Positions 39,804-53,539 of a DNA stretch of 64,000 bases are shown here, piece by piece (the stretch's first letter is position 1; the number at the start of each line of letters is the position of its first letter). The DNA is from the human T2T-CHM13v2.0 reference genome, Homo sapiens. A model generated the notes under the pieces. The model was not told the DNA's origin. It did not search any database and worked only from the letters and a program-made list of their open reading frames with translations. Location: NCBI RefSeq assembly GCF_009914755.1, contig NC_060926.1, one strand, 5' to 3'. The position numbers and the translations under genes were made by a program.

Positions 39804-40813
39804 TATATTTATTTTTAAATAAGCTTTGATTTGCCTCTAAAATGAGTCTCAAGAAATTGTTTTTGAAGTCAAAGACAAAAATTATGTCTATCTCTCAGTT
39901 ATATTGGCTCCTTCTCTGGGTGTAGTGTACAGAGATTATAATCATTGCTGTTTTCATATCTAATAAAGGGTATTGGGATCCAGTTGTACAGAGCTAAGAG
40001 ACTAGGAGGTAGGGGAACAACCCTGCCTATTTTCTGAAAATCTGTCTGTTACACATTTAGAAAATGACACACTAATGTTCTTAAAATTAACTTTTTAGAA
40101 TATACTTAAAGAGCCAAAAAGAATACTATATTGCAATGAAAGAGAGAAAATTATTCACAATATAACTGTTTCTGTTAAAATGCACTTGTATGCATAGATA
40201 GGAAATTAAACACAGAGTATAAGTTGTCTTTACATAAGATTCTTGGGTAATTTTTCATTTCTTAATTTTTGATTAACCATGCTTTATAAAATGTCTACGT
40301 GAAAACCTTTATTTTTATGTTAAACAGTATTATTTCATATATCCTATTAAAATGTTATTTCAACAAAGTTAGAATCATATATTGTTGAAATTGTAAACAT
40401 GATATATTGAAGTGCAAGCACAAAGGAAGAACAAAATGCAAGAAGCACAGAAAAAGATGATGATTATAACGATAAACAAATCCATTATGTCAGCAAATGT
40501 GTACTCATACATGAACAATATGTAGTGGAGAGAGATCATTATTTGTGTCAGATCTTCAAATGAATCTTTGATCTCCAAAATAGATTTAAGTATTTGACTA
40601 TAGACCACACTAATTTTATAATACAGATGTGAAAATTTAAAATTACTACTGGTGACTCAAATTTTTCTATATTTCACTTTAGTGACGTATCACAAATAGT
40701 GTTTAGCCCAATAAAACAATGATGATTTTGTTTCTATTTCTGCCAGCCCTAGTTGTTGTTTGATAACATTAAGCCACAATGACTATCATTCTTTTACTTT
40801 TGAAAGTGATTAA

Positions 40814-40857
40814 TCTCTCTCTCTCTTCCTCTGTCCCTTCCTCTCTCTCTCTCTCTG

Positions 40858-40895
<38 letters not shown>
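40814..40895. repeat. (CT)n-(CA)n compound microsatellite
   Basis: Seen directly. Confidence 0.9.
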
Positions 40896-40897
<2 letters not shown>

Positions 40898-41229
40898 TCC
40901 ATAACCTGGATTTTTTTTAACTTTTCATCTCACTAAAATTTGACAAATTCTTCATGTCTCAAATTAAATGTTACCCCTTCAGGGGCACCTCCTGCTCCAT
41001 ATATATTATCTATATTTGACTCATAACCATGAGACCATTTTTCTCTTAGAGCGTTCTTCATATTTTATAGTTGTTATTTTCATTTAAATTTTGTTTTATT
41101 TGCTATTTTTTTAACATCCATGACTCTACGTTTGGATGTCAAGAACAAATTCAATTCTGAGAGTATGAATAAAATATATAATGATGAATTATATTAATAG
41201 AATGAATAATATTAAGCTATATATTAATA

Positions 41230-41650
41230 CAATAAAGTGTATTGATGTGCCAACAATAGGGAAGAAGAACATATGATTACCATAACTTCAAACAAAAAAT
41301 CATTTAAAAAATTTGATTCAATACTCATTCATAATTGAATACACACACACGCACACACTAATCCTCCTGAAATCTTGAAGCACAGAATACTTCTTGAGCA
41401 TTGGAAAAAAAATTAAGTTCAAGACACACGGCAAAAAAAAAAAATTGATGGTAAATTATAAAAGCATTCTTACTAAAGTCAAAAGAAACATAAAAATGCC
41501 TGTCTGTATAATTACATAATTTTAGGTTTTTAATCAATTTAATATGACTTGAAACAGAAATAAGAGTTTAATGTTGAAGGAAACACAGACAACATTTTGA
41601 CCATCTTTAGATGACATAATTATATGCTTTGAAATCCCAATTGATCTAAA
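41230..41650 (+). mobile_element. Ancient L1ME ORF2 (RT region) fragment
   Basis: aaagcattcttactaaagtc...gatgacataattatatgctttgaaatcccaa (DDMI-like). Confidence 0.55.
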
Positions 41651-42416
41651 AATGCAGCATATCTCAAACTATACCCAGCCTTTCTCCTACTTCTCAAATT
41701 GTGATCCCCTTAGAGGTCAGCTAACTATCCCATTTTTGTCTCCTCATGTGGTATTTAACACAACTGAGAAATCCTAGATAATTTGTAAACACTCAGGGAA
41801 ATGGTACGATATGAAATATGAATAATTCACTCCTATATCTTTCCATACCATTCCATCCTCTCCCACCTGCAACACTTCAGTGATAAAAGGGTATCACACT
41901 ACTCTGTTAGAAGGGATAGACCTTTCAACAATGATGCTGTAACCATCGATACTAACCACCTCTTACTATTCAGGCAGTAATTATGCAAAATAGTATTCCT
42001 TCTGAATGGTTTGTTGATGTATGTATCTTCATGGTTACTTATCTAAATTGGTTTGTAAAATGTAAATGTTAAGAGACAATCATATATTTTGCCCAAAGCT
42101 AATGTGTAAGTATAAGTGATCATATTCATAATAATAACTTGTTTCTTGTCAAATAGCTATTAAAATACCTATTTACATGTTATTAACACATTGGAATAGT
42201 ACATCAATGTAAATATATGCTATGTGGCAAATTAATTTCTGTACATTTTGGCTCAGTGTTTACAAAACTAGATAATGTAATTTCTTAAAAAGTTTTAAAT
42301 ATATACCTTAATAAACTACATTCTGTAGAGATTTATATTGAGAATTCTTATAACTTTGAAATTTTGAGGAACACCGCTTCACTTAAGCAAATAGGACTTC
42401 TACTTTGAAGTAAAAT

Positions 42417-43237
42417 TGATAGGGACAGGAGGCAGAGAAATTCTAGGCAGAAAAGGGTGGGACCCCTGGCAAAGCGCCACCCTCAAGCCTGAAACTGGGC
42501 CCAAAGTGGGAACATGCATTCCTGTTTTACCACTCAAATATTACCTTTTCCAAAACCACCCATGTTCCACCCTGCCCCTTATCCTGTACCCGTAAAAACC
42601 CCTAACCCAACTATCAGAGGGCAGAGAAAGGGAGAAGAGGAGAAGCAGCTGGATGTCGGAGACTGTGGTTTGACATTGTAGAGAATCAGCTTGACTTCAG
42701 AGGGATGGCTTGATGGCATTGCTTCAGATAGGAGTCTGACCAGGGACAGCCAGACTCTGGGGGAAGATCACCTTCCCACTCCATTCTCCTTCCAGCTCCC
42801 CTTCCCTCAATAAAATCCTCTGTATTCACCACCCTTCATTTCATTCATGTGACCTGATTTTTCCTGAACAATGAACAAGAGCTTGGGTGCCATAGGTGTA
42901 GACACTGAAGGCTGTTACACTGACCCTCTGTCCTCCCAAAAAGGCTGAGGGCCCACTGAGCTGTTTAATATGTAAGCCGTCCACAGGCAGCAAAGCTAAA
43001 AGAGCACTGTAACACACACCCTCTGAGGCTTCAAGGGTCATGGGTACCCTCCTAGATGCTGATGCAAAGCCGCACAAAGTTTTGCTCCTGATGGTGGCCA
43101 AAAGTGCTCACTCAGGCTCCCCTACCCACTCACCTGTGTGCTTTCCTTCCTGTGAGGGGTTGAGAGCTGCAGGCTGAGTAAATGAGGCACCCCTGTTGTG
43201 ATACTTATGCAGGGGTCAAGGAAAATTTCCTGTTTCA
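42417..43237 (+). mobile_element. LTR1-like ERV1 solo LTR (LTR1/LTR27/LTR28/MER52 group)
   Basis: Starts tgatagggacaggaggcagagaaattctaggcagaaaagggtgg and ends gaaaatttcctgtttca; AATAAA at ~42809. Confidence 0.82.
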
Positions 43238-43959
43238 GGATGAGGTACCATGACAAGAGCAATAAGTAAACTTATAAGAAATACAGAAATCAATTGTACG
43301 AAGGTAGTAGTGAGTTACTGAGGCAAGTAGAACTAGAAGAGCTAACTGTGGATAGGGACAAACATTAGTTTTACCAGGTGGTTATTTGTTAATACTATGT
43401 GTGCAAAGGAAGCTGAAAATTCAGTTTTTTACAAACCTTACTCAGAAAATCATTTGGCGGAAACCAGTGGCTTCAAGCATATGGCCACTTTGGCTACCTT
43501 ATTCTGCAAATACATGGAGTGATAGAGTAAAAACTTAAGTCCAAAATCTTGGAAAAGCAGAGAGGAGCTTTTGGAAATGGGGAAATAAAAAAAAAAAAAG
43601 AAAGAAAGAAAAAGAAATTGAAATCTTCCAGAGTGAGGAGTCTCAAAATGTACCAGGATTTATGTTGAAAACCCTGGAAGGTCACTGGTAACCTGGAGGT
43701 TGACTGAGCCTCATGTGGCATGAGACCCATACCCTTCTATTGAATTAAGGTGGTCGCCACCACTGTATTGGCTTAGTAGTAGAAATAATGGTGAACTCAT
43801 TCTCTAAAAAAGATAACAAAATCTTGAGCAAGTGTAAAAAGTGAAGATATAAACAATCAAAAATATTTAAATAGGCTTAGAAAAAAATGGTAGCAGCTTG
43901 AAATAGACTCTTCATCTTTACTGGGAACATCCTGGATAAAAAAGAGATGGAAACTTGGT

Positions 43960-44338
43960 AACATCGGATCTCGCACTGCTATAAAGAACTACCCAAGTCT
44001 GAGTAATTTATAAAGAACAGTGGTTTAATTGGCTCACAGTTCCACACGCTATACAGGAAGCATGGCTGGGGAAGCCTCCGGAAACTTACAATCATGGTGG
44101 AAGGCAAAGGGGAAGCAGGTGCATCTTCACATGGTGGAGCAGGACAGAGAGTTGAAGGGGGAGGTGCTACATACTTTTAAACAACAAGATCTTGTGAAAA
44201 CTCACTCACTGTCATGAGAACAGCAAGGGAAAAGTCTGACCCCATGATTCCATCACCTCCCACCACGCCCCTCCTCCAACACTGGGAATTACAAATCAAC
44301 ATGAGATTTGGGTGGGGACACAGAGCCAAACCATATCA
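43960..44338 (-). mobile_element. MSTA MaLR LTR
   Basis: ggctcacagttccac...ggaaacttacaatcatggtggaaggc...gagatttgggtggggacacagagccaaaccatatca. Confidence 0.9.
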
Positions 44339-44729
44339 TACCTCCTGACTGTTTACTAGTAAGAGTATTTTTGTATATGGAGTACCTTTAACAGAAGATA
44401 CTGGGTCTGTGTAGGCTCTTTATTGTAAATAAACCTGGAATTTGTGAAAGTATGGCTAAGTTCCTTGAAAAATGCTAGGTAAGCCATAGAATTAAAATAA
44501 TATAAATAAGATCCTTAAATAAATTATTTGGCTCATTCTATTCAAGCAATATGTCATATATGTTGCTTATATCTATCTTTATCATTCTGACTAAAGCTAG
44601 AGCAAAATGAATCCTTCAGTGGATTTTAAAAAAGACATTTTATAAAGTAAAGAGTTTGTGCCTGATTGTTTCTGACCTTTCTAAGAGAAACTTGGCCTGT
44701 CTTTCCCTCTTGCCAGTAACCTTCAAAAT

Positions 44730-45833
44730 ATTAGGAAACGTGATACTGTTTAAAATATGCCATTTGTGTTAAGGCTAATTTGACAGTCCAAATGTTTGTG
44801 TTATCTCGAAAACTGTAAGACTGAACATATGACTGAACACTAAGATAAAATAAAAACAGTAGAAACTGGGCCCAGTGGATTATAAGAGAATTAAAATGAA
44901 TGTAAAATTTAGATTCTTATAATCCATTGAAAGAAATAAGAGTACATGAGTAGACACTGATATAAAAAGCCTAGCAAAGTAAAAGTACATATTGAAATGA
45001 AATTAAAAAATAACATTTTGGCAGGCATCAAATAATACTGGGTGTAGACAAGAATTATTAATGAGTTATAAAACTAGTGGGCAAATTTTGAGAGAAACAA
45101 GGTAGTTACATAATAACAAACTGTATTCTTACAGGTGACTTATTAAGTATAAAAGATAAAATAGTAACTGTGCAATGAAGAAACCTGACACCACCTTAAA
45201 CAATAGTCAAATTGAATATCAGCAGTATTTAGTCAAAGTGATAGCACAGGCTTCCCCTTCCCATATAATCTACTAAAAACAACACCATATTACATCTGTG
45301 GTATTCCTGTCAAAAGTATATAACCTGATTCTAATGAGGTAATATCATTTAAAAAACCAACTAAAGGACAAGATAATATATGTATATTTATTTATATATA
45401 CGTACATACATACACAATATACGAAGTAATTTGCCTGTAACTTTCAAAATTTTCAATATTATGAAATACACAAAAGGATCACTTGCTAGTTTATATTTAA
45501 AAGTAACAAAGATGCATTACGCCTGAATTAGATTAATAATGCTGAATTTTGTTTTGAAGAAGGACTTTTGCGAAGTTGACAAAGCCTGAATAACATTTGA
45601 TATTAGATAATATTGTATCACCTTTAATTACTTGATTTAGATAGTTGTCATGTGTCTATCTAAGATAATGCTCTTATTTTTAGGAGAAACACATGGAACT
45701 CTTTAATGAGAAAGGGACATCATATATGCAACCTACTTTCTAATGCTTCAAAAATACATTTGTGTGCTGCGTGTATAATTATATGAGTGTGTGTGAGTGC
45801 ATGTGTGTTTGAGAAAGATTGTGTGTGTGTGTG

Positions 45834-45865
<32 letters not shown>

Positions 45866-45995
45866 AATGTGGAGAGACAGTAAAGATATTGAGGGAGAGA
45901 AAGAGTAAATATAGTAAAAATAAAGGTATCCAGGAATTATTTTTCTATTCTTGCAATGTTTAAGTCTGGCTTATTTTTCAAAATTAAAAAAAAAA
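44730..45995 (+). mobile_element. L1MC-type 3' region
   Basis: aaatagtaactgtgcaatgaagaaacctgacaccacctt...gtattcctgtcaaaagtatataacctgattctaatgagg resembles the L1MC4/5 3'UTR. Confidence 0.6.
45820..45865. repeat. (TG)n microsatellite
   Basis: Seen directly. Confidence 0.9.
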
Positions 45996-46074
45996 TTACA
46001 GGGAAACAAAATGAAGATAAAGAATAAACCTTAGAGTCTTTATTGCCTGGAAATCATCTCTAATAGAAATACTG

Positions 46075-46401
<327 letters not shown>

Positions 46402-47267
46402 TTAAGCATGAAGAAATGATCTTTGAGATTAACTTGGAATTTTGGAAAGAATAAAAAGCAATTAAAAGGGAATCTATGTGGATAAATATTAGTAAATATT
46501 GACAGTATTAATGCAAAAAATGACAGTTGTGGAATAAGTGGAATTAAAATTCATGAGAATATAAATGCAAGAATAACTCATGTTATATGAAGTCAATGTG
46601 TTTCTGGTGCTTAGTAACATCAGTGGGGAAATGGTAAGTATAATATTCTCTTTTATGCTGTAAAAAATTCATGCGAACTCTTAAAATATGTATTAATTAA
46701 ATCCTCCAAGGCAACTAAGATTAGTAAAGGCAAAAGGAACAATTAAAATTTTTAATTATTCCACATAACTAATAAAGGAGAGAAACTGGAACTTTAAAAA
46801 TGCATTAAATAGAAAATAACATGATATACAGAGACATAAACATATTGATAATTACTTTAAATCAAATTGAACTGAAAATTCTAAGTAGAATTCTACAAAA
46901 CTCAATTGTATGCATCTTATCAGAGAGACACATTATATACAAATCATTAAACAGTTGAGAGGATATAATAATAAATCATAGAAAATGATACAGCATGTAC
47001 CCAAAAATATAGTTTTAAATATATAGACTTGAAAAAATAGGCAAATCCATAAACATAGTGGAAGATATTAACATACATGTCATAAATGAATCTCAGAGCT
47101 ATTTCCAGCTATTGCTTCTGGCCAAACGATTTAATTAGACTGATTCTGCAAAAGATCTGCTGGTCTTATCATGCTACCATATTGAAAAATTAACCTAAAC
47201 TATATGTTCAGAAGTGCAGAATTTTATTATGATAGAAGTGGAGGCAGAGGAAGTATGCCAGCATTAA

Positions 47268-47547
<280 letters not shown>

Positions 47548-47989
47548 TGATCATCTAAGTTTTTAAGTACAAAAACTAAAACCAAGAAAGGTAAGATTTT
47601 ACCAAGATCATGTAACTCTTCACACAAAGCAATAACAAAAGCCAAGTTTTCTAACATTAAATCTAAAATATTTTATCACATTATATTTCTCAATGAAACT
47701 CATTTAAGTATAACTAATAAAAGGCAATGATAAATATTTGTACAATCTACTCCATAATTGACCGTAAGAAATCAATGACTCGTGGTTATTCTCACCACAC
47801 AGTTTTTGAGCTCTTGAAAATAATGTTCTCCAGATATTCAAATCAATTGCTGATACTTTGTCTTTTGTTGTTGTGGCTGCTATTCTTTTTCTCTTTTTAA
47901 AGTTGAACTGTTTCTGAATTTGCTCAATGAAACAGATTTATTTGTTATGATTTCTACACAGGCAGAGCCATGAGGATTCTTTCTATAAT

Positions 47990-48560
47990 TTTTTTTTCAT
48001 TTGTGTTCATTGAGGTGTTTGTAGTAGTTTCTGATGGTTGTTTATTTCTATGGGGTCAGTAGTACCATTCCCTTTGGCATTTCTAATTGTGTTTATTTTG
48101 ATTTTGTGTCTTTTCTTCATTACTCTAGCTAGTGGCCTGTTTTATTTATTTTTTAAAAAACCAACTCCTAGATTTGTTGATCTTTTGAATAGTTTTTCAT
48201 ATCTCTATTTCCTTCAATTCAGCTCTGATGTTTGTTATTTCTCATCTTGTGCCAGGTTTGGGGTTGATTTTTTTCTTGCTTCTCTAATTCTTTCATTTGT
48301 GAAGTTAGGTTGCTAATTTGAGATCTTTCTAACTTTTTGATATGGGCATGTAGTGCTATGAACTGCCCTCTTAACACTGTTTTAGCTGTGTCCCATAGAT
48401 TCTGGTATGTTGTAACTTTGTTCTCATTATTTTCAAAGAACTTTCGGATTTCTGCTTTAATTTCATTATTTAGCCACTCCAAATCTCTCAGGACCATGTT
48501 GTTTAATTCCCATGTAAATGCATGATTTTTAGTGATTTTCATAGTCTTGACTCCTATTTA
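47990..48560 (-). mobile_element. L1P/L1MA ORF2 fragment
   Basis: ORF 48219..48542: [16 protein letters not shown]...[19 protein letters not shown]. Confidence 0.85.
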
Positions 48561-48719
48561 AAATTTTTTTCAATGTTGGATCTTTTAAGATCAAATATAT
48601 GTAGATAAAGGGACCATAAAATATGGAGACATTTATGAATACATTTTTGCTTGCAAAATACATCAATACCACATTAAGTTTGTATACGGGCCTGTATTTT
48701 AAGTTAGCCATTTATTAGC

Positions 48720-49440
48720 TTCGCACCCAATGACACTAGCCAAAAACCTAAGAGTCATTCCTGCCTCTGTCTTTTCTTTCATTCTATAATAAATTATAAC
48801 ATTTACTCTTTATTTTACCTAATAACCATCCTTAATTTTGTCATTTTTAATCTCCATCGCCACCATATTAGTCCAAATTAACATAATCTCTCACTTCAAT
48901 CATTCCCATATTCTTAAAATGCAAAATTGATTATGTTTATCATGCTGCTTCCATCATTTCAAGGGCTTCCCAGTGCTCCCAGAGAAAAAAGCGAAAACTC
49001 AAATTCAGCCTAAAACGGTCCTATAATTTTATCCTAATTACTTTTTAATCTTTATCCCAAATCATGTCCCATCTGCTTTCCTGCACACTCCCAGAATTAG
49101 CATTATGTTAGTTTTTTTGTATTTACCATGATATACCTTGCCCAACATACATTGTACCTCTGCTAAAATGCCCTTCTGTCCTCAATCAACCAATTCCTTG
49201 AAATGATTACATTGTGCCTTGAGTATTACATATTTAGAAAAGTTTCTCTTAACCTTTCTTTCTGGGTCTAAACCTCATCTCAAGGTACTCTTTTAGTAGT
49301 CCTTAGAACAGTTGGAAACTTACATTTGTATTAGCAGAACTATAATTAATAACTGTCTATTTATACAGTAAGTAAGTGACATGAAAGCATGGACCATGTC
49401 TAGTCTTACTTAAAATCTTGTGAACATTGTCTAACTCATA
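48720..49440 (+). mobile_element. L2 fragment
   Basis: gccaaaaacctaagagtcattcctgcctct...ctccatcgccaccatattagtcc...catgaaagcatggaccatgtc. Confidence 0.55.
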
Positions 49441-49569
49441 GTAGTCACACAGAAAAAAAAATTGTAGAATAAACATATAATCTTTGCTCTAACTGAACTA
49501 GCATATATCACGGCTAAGCCTCCAATCATTATGAACAAACAATGTTTAGTTAGGCTCCGGTTCTGGATG

Positions 49570-50038
49570 GTAACACAGCTCCTGTGATAAAGCTGCATAG
49601 CAACCAATGCCAAAAATCTAGTACCTTCCATAAAAGCAATCATTTATTTAATGCTTATGGATCTGTAGGTAAGTTTCAATTTGATTAAACTCAGGTAGGA
49701 TTACCTGGGCTCTGTTGAACTGGGATAAACTACTGGCTTTGAGTTATGTGTAGATCTGCTACAGGAAAATCTTCATTCTGGGGCCTAAACAAAGGCTTCC
49801 TGGGCATGCATTCTTTATAACCAAGGCCAGCAACCCCAAGAAAGCCGGTGGTATCTTTTCAAGAATTCTAAAGTCTCATGTTGAAATTATGATTTTTGTA
49901 CACATTCCATAGTGTAAAGCAACTCACATGACAAAACCACAAATTAGTGGGCAAAAATGTATACTCTACCCACAGGGAAGCTATGGCAAGAGCGGAGGAA
50001 GCAGAAAGAACTGTGGACAAATAATACAACCTGTAACA
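49570..50038 (-). mobile_element. MLT1-type (MLT1H/I-like) MaLR LTR
   Basis: cacattccatagtgtaaagcaactcacatgacaaaacc...aaatgtatactctacccac...aataatacaacctgtaaca. Confidence 0.6.
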
Positions 50039-50795
50039 GCTGGTAATTTGTAATGACATTAAAAATTCTTCTGAGTTACTAACATTTAAAAAAATTGAAA
50101 TTCGAAGTTCTTATCATGACAAAGTCATCAGAATATCAAAAATACCCTGGGGAGATGCTAGGTGCTACCTTACTATCTGGTTAAGAATTACCCATTTACC
50201 TGAACTCTGACTTCTACTCAGAATACACATTTCATCCCATTTCATTCACTTTGATCCTCTAGATATAAACATTCCTCTGACCCACTTTGATTACTGTGTT
50301 TCAATATTTATCTCTGGAATATACCTCCAGCTATGTTAATGTATACTGGATTTGATACGGAATGGCATGATCCTGTCTTTTGAGCCAATACTAACGGGTA
50401 GTTGCCATTGCATTTCCTGCTGCCTATCCCCAACTCTGCTGATACATTCAGTTGAACTATTGGTAAGAATAAAACGGTCCAGGAATCAGAAAATACACTT
50501 AAATGTGCTCCAGCTAAAGTAGTAGTATATTAATTTGGGTGTTAGAAGAGAAATTTTAAAAAATATAATAATTATGCCATAGGTTTACATAAAATTTGAA
50601 CTGCATCCCAGTAGTGTTTTCCCAGTTCCTGACAGTGACGAGTTTCTAGTTAGCCTTTACTATAGAAATTCTAGCATCACAGATATTTTGGAAGCTATGC
50701 ACAAACTAGTCCTACTAGAAACAAAACAACATCAATCATCAATTAATGTTATTTAAAAAAATAATTTGACTGTCTTAAAAATGAAACTTGATTTC

Positions 50796-50958
50796 ATATA
50801 TATATATTATGTACATATTATATATATTTTATATATGTATATTCACTTTGATCCTCTAGATATAAACATTGCTCTGACCAAATATATATATGTGTGTATA
50901 TATATATGTGTGTGTATATATATATGTGTGTATATATATATATGTGTGTATATATATA

Positions 50959-50988
<30 letters not shown>
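50796..50988. repeat. (TA)/(TG) low-complexity tract containing a 39-bp insert
   Basis: Seen directly; see findings. Confidence 0.9.
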
Positions 50989-50989
<1 letters not shown>

Positions 50990-51689
50990 TTGGTTTCCAT
51001 ATGTTACTAATTGTTACTAATGTTTTAGGTCTGAAAAAGTAAATTGTTGCTACACAGTACAGTGATATGAACATACTAAAGAAAACCAACAACAACAGTA
51101 GTAACAGCAATAAACTCCCATATTGAAAGGAAACAAAGTTGATTAGCATACTAACCACAATTTTTAAATGCAGCTACAGCATTCCAGCCAGGTGCAGATT
51201 CTTTCCTTGTCTTTGAATACCACCAAAACCAAAAATACATACTATGTTTTTTTCTATTACAAAATAAATTCAGATTGATTTACTGTTTGCATGAATAAAT
51301 AATAAAAATATTTTATCCTGTAGACTCCATCAATTTGTCATTGTTATGTCCGTTTGTCTCATACTTAGCAATTTTAGTTCCTGCTTCATGTGATTATTCC
51401 TCAATTATTTGAAAACATCTAGTAGTTTTGCACCAAGATACAGTCTATTTTCCATAATAAGCATTGCCATTACTTCTTCTTTTCTTCTTTAATAATATTT
51501 TAAGGACTATAATCCTCTATAAATGCACACATTGGCAAACATTACAAATTTGGTTTTTGAAATAAAATATAGTAATCAAGATGTGGTATGGTCAGGTTGG
51601 AATGTGCGTAGGGTTGACTTTATGCCGAAACAGCCGTTAAAATCCCTTCAGCATCATTAATGCAGTTATTCTAAATCTCCTCATGGTTT

Positions 51690-53530
51690 TCCCTGAGGTA
51701 AAATTTACATATACTGAAATGCTCGTATCTTAAATTTTACAATTCAATGAGTTCTCATAAATGTATACACCCAGATTACCACCACCCTGTTCAAGATTGG
51801 AAATTTTTCTCACCTCAGAATGCAATTTAATCCCTTCTAGTAGGTCCTGATTCCACACAGGTTAGAAAATATTCAGATTTCAGTTCCCACGTATTGGTTT
51901 TGTCTGTTCTAAAAACTCAAATAAACTAAAAAATACAGTATATACTATTTTGTGCCTGCTTTCTTTTGATCAACATATTTTTTGTGACTAATACATGTTA
52001 CTATGTCCATTTATTTTGTTTTTTATTTTATTTTTTTACTTTAAATTCTGGGATACATGTGCAGAATGTGTAGGTTTGTTACATAGGTATACATGTGCCA
52101 TGGTGGTTTGCTGCACCTATGAACCTGTCATCTAGGTTTTAAGCCCCACATTCCATAAAGCTGCCATTGACTTTCTTCACAGAATTAGAAAAAAACTACT
52201 TTAAATTTCATATGGAACCAGAAAAGAGCCCATATAGTCCAGGCAGTCCTAAGGAAAAAGAACAAAGCTGGAGGCATCACACTACCTGACTTCAAACTAT
52301 GCTACAAGGCTACAGTAACCAAAACAGCATGGCACTGTTAACAAAACAGATATATAGACCAATGGAATGGAACAAAGACTTCAGAAATAATACCACACAT
52401 CTACAACCATCTGATCTTTGACAAAACTGTTTGTGAAAATTTTATTGCTGTAGCAGTGCTCCATGGCTAAGACATAACACAGTTTGTTTCCCCATTCACC
52501 TGTTTGTGGATATTTAGATTATTTCCTGGTTTTGCTGATTAATAAATCTGTTCTGAACAGTTTATACAAGTTTTTTAAATTTTTTTTTACTTTTTATGTA
52601 AAAAAGAAATTTAAAAAAAAAATTTTTCTTAGTGTTGATGGCTAGGAGTAAAAGGCCTGTCTCACAGATTAATACATAGTTAGCTTTAGAGGTAACTGCC
52701 AGATAGTTCTACAAAATGGTCATATCATTTTACACTCCCATCAGCAATATGTGGGTGTTTTAGTTGCTTCACATTCACCAGTACTTGTTATTGTCAGTCT
52801 TTTATATGTTAACAGTTCCATTGTGTAAGACTTGATAATACATTTTTGTTGTAATGTGAATTTTCTTGATCACAAATAAGGTTGATTCTATTTTTTGCCC
52901 ATGTGTACAATATCATTTGCCTTTTTACTATATATTTGTTAATGCTCCATACATATATTTGATATGAATTATTTTTACTCTTAATAGAATTGTGTATTAA
53001 TTTGTTATGAATATTTTTCCATTCTATAACTGTCCTACTCATTTTATTTGTGTCTTTTGATAAAGTCAGAATCTATCATTCTGTGTTGAATGTATTGATT
53101 ACATCCAAGAAATATTTTCTTACTGTAAGTGCACTAATATAGTCTCCTTATTGTCTTCTAGAATTTGTATGTTCCTAGTTACTACATGATACATTTAATT
53201 TGTATATGAAGTGAGATGGGTAAAGTTTTATCTATTCATTCTTTTGCATGTATATGTGTATATATACATATATGTGTGTGTGTATATATGTGTATATGTA
53301 TATGTATATATATATATATATACACACACAGACACACATATATTTATATGTAGAATTGTTCCAGCACCATATGTCATAAAGACGTTCTATTGAATTAACT
53401 TCGATCATCATTCAAAATAAATACATTTACTGCATAAGGATAAGTATCTTTCTGAATTTTTCTATCTGCTCCATTTATCTGTCCACATTCAAAGCATACT
53501 ACATTTTCTTGATCAATATAGCTTTATATC
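51690..53530 (-). mobile_element. L1ME/MD 3' region, interrupted by a small L1PA
   Basis: gaggtaaaatttacatatactgaaatg...acaattcaatgagtt...ttttacactcccatcagcaatat. Confidence 0.65.
52010..52429 (-). mobile_element. Short L1PA8-like element, 5'-inverted
   Basis: Antisense 3' tip at 52010-52151 (tggtggtttgctgcacctat...aagccccaca) joined to a + strand ORF2 piece at 52150-52429 (gaacaaagctggaggcatcacactacctgacttcaaac). Confidence 0.8.
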
Positions 53531-53539
53531 TAAATACAC

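Noticed and set aside
50766-51158. YI/TH-repeat ORFs (also 53211..53393)
   Set aside because: Translations of TA/TG microsatellites.
52571-52625. T-run/A-run quasi-palindrome
   Set aside because: Low complexity within an old L1; expected by chance.
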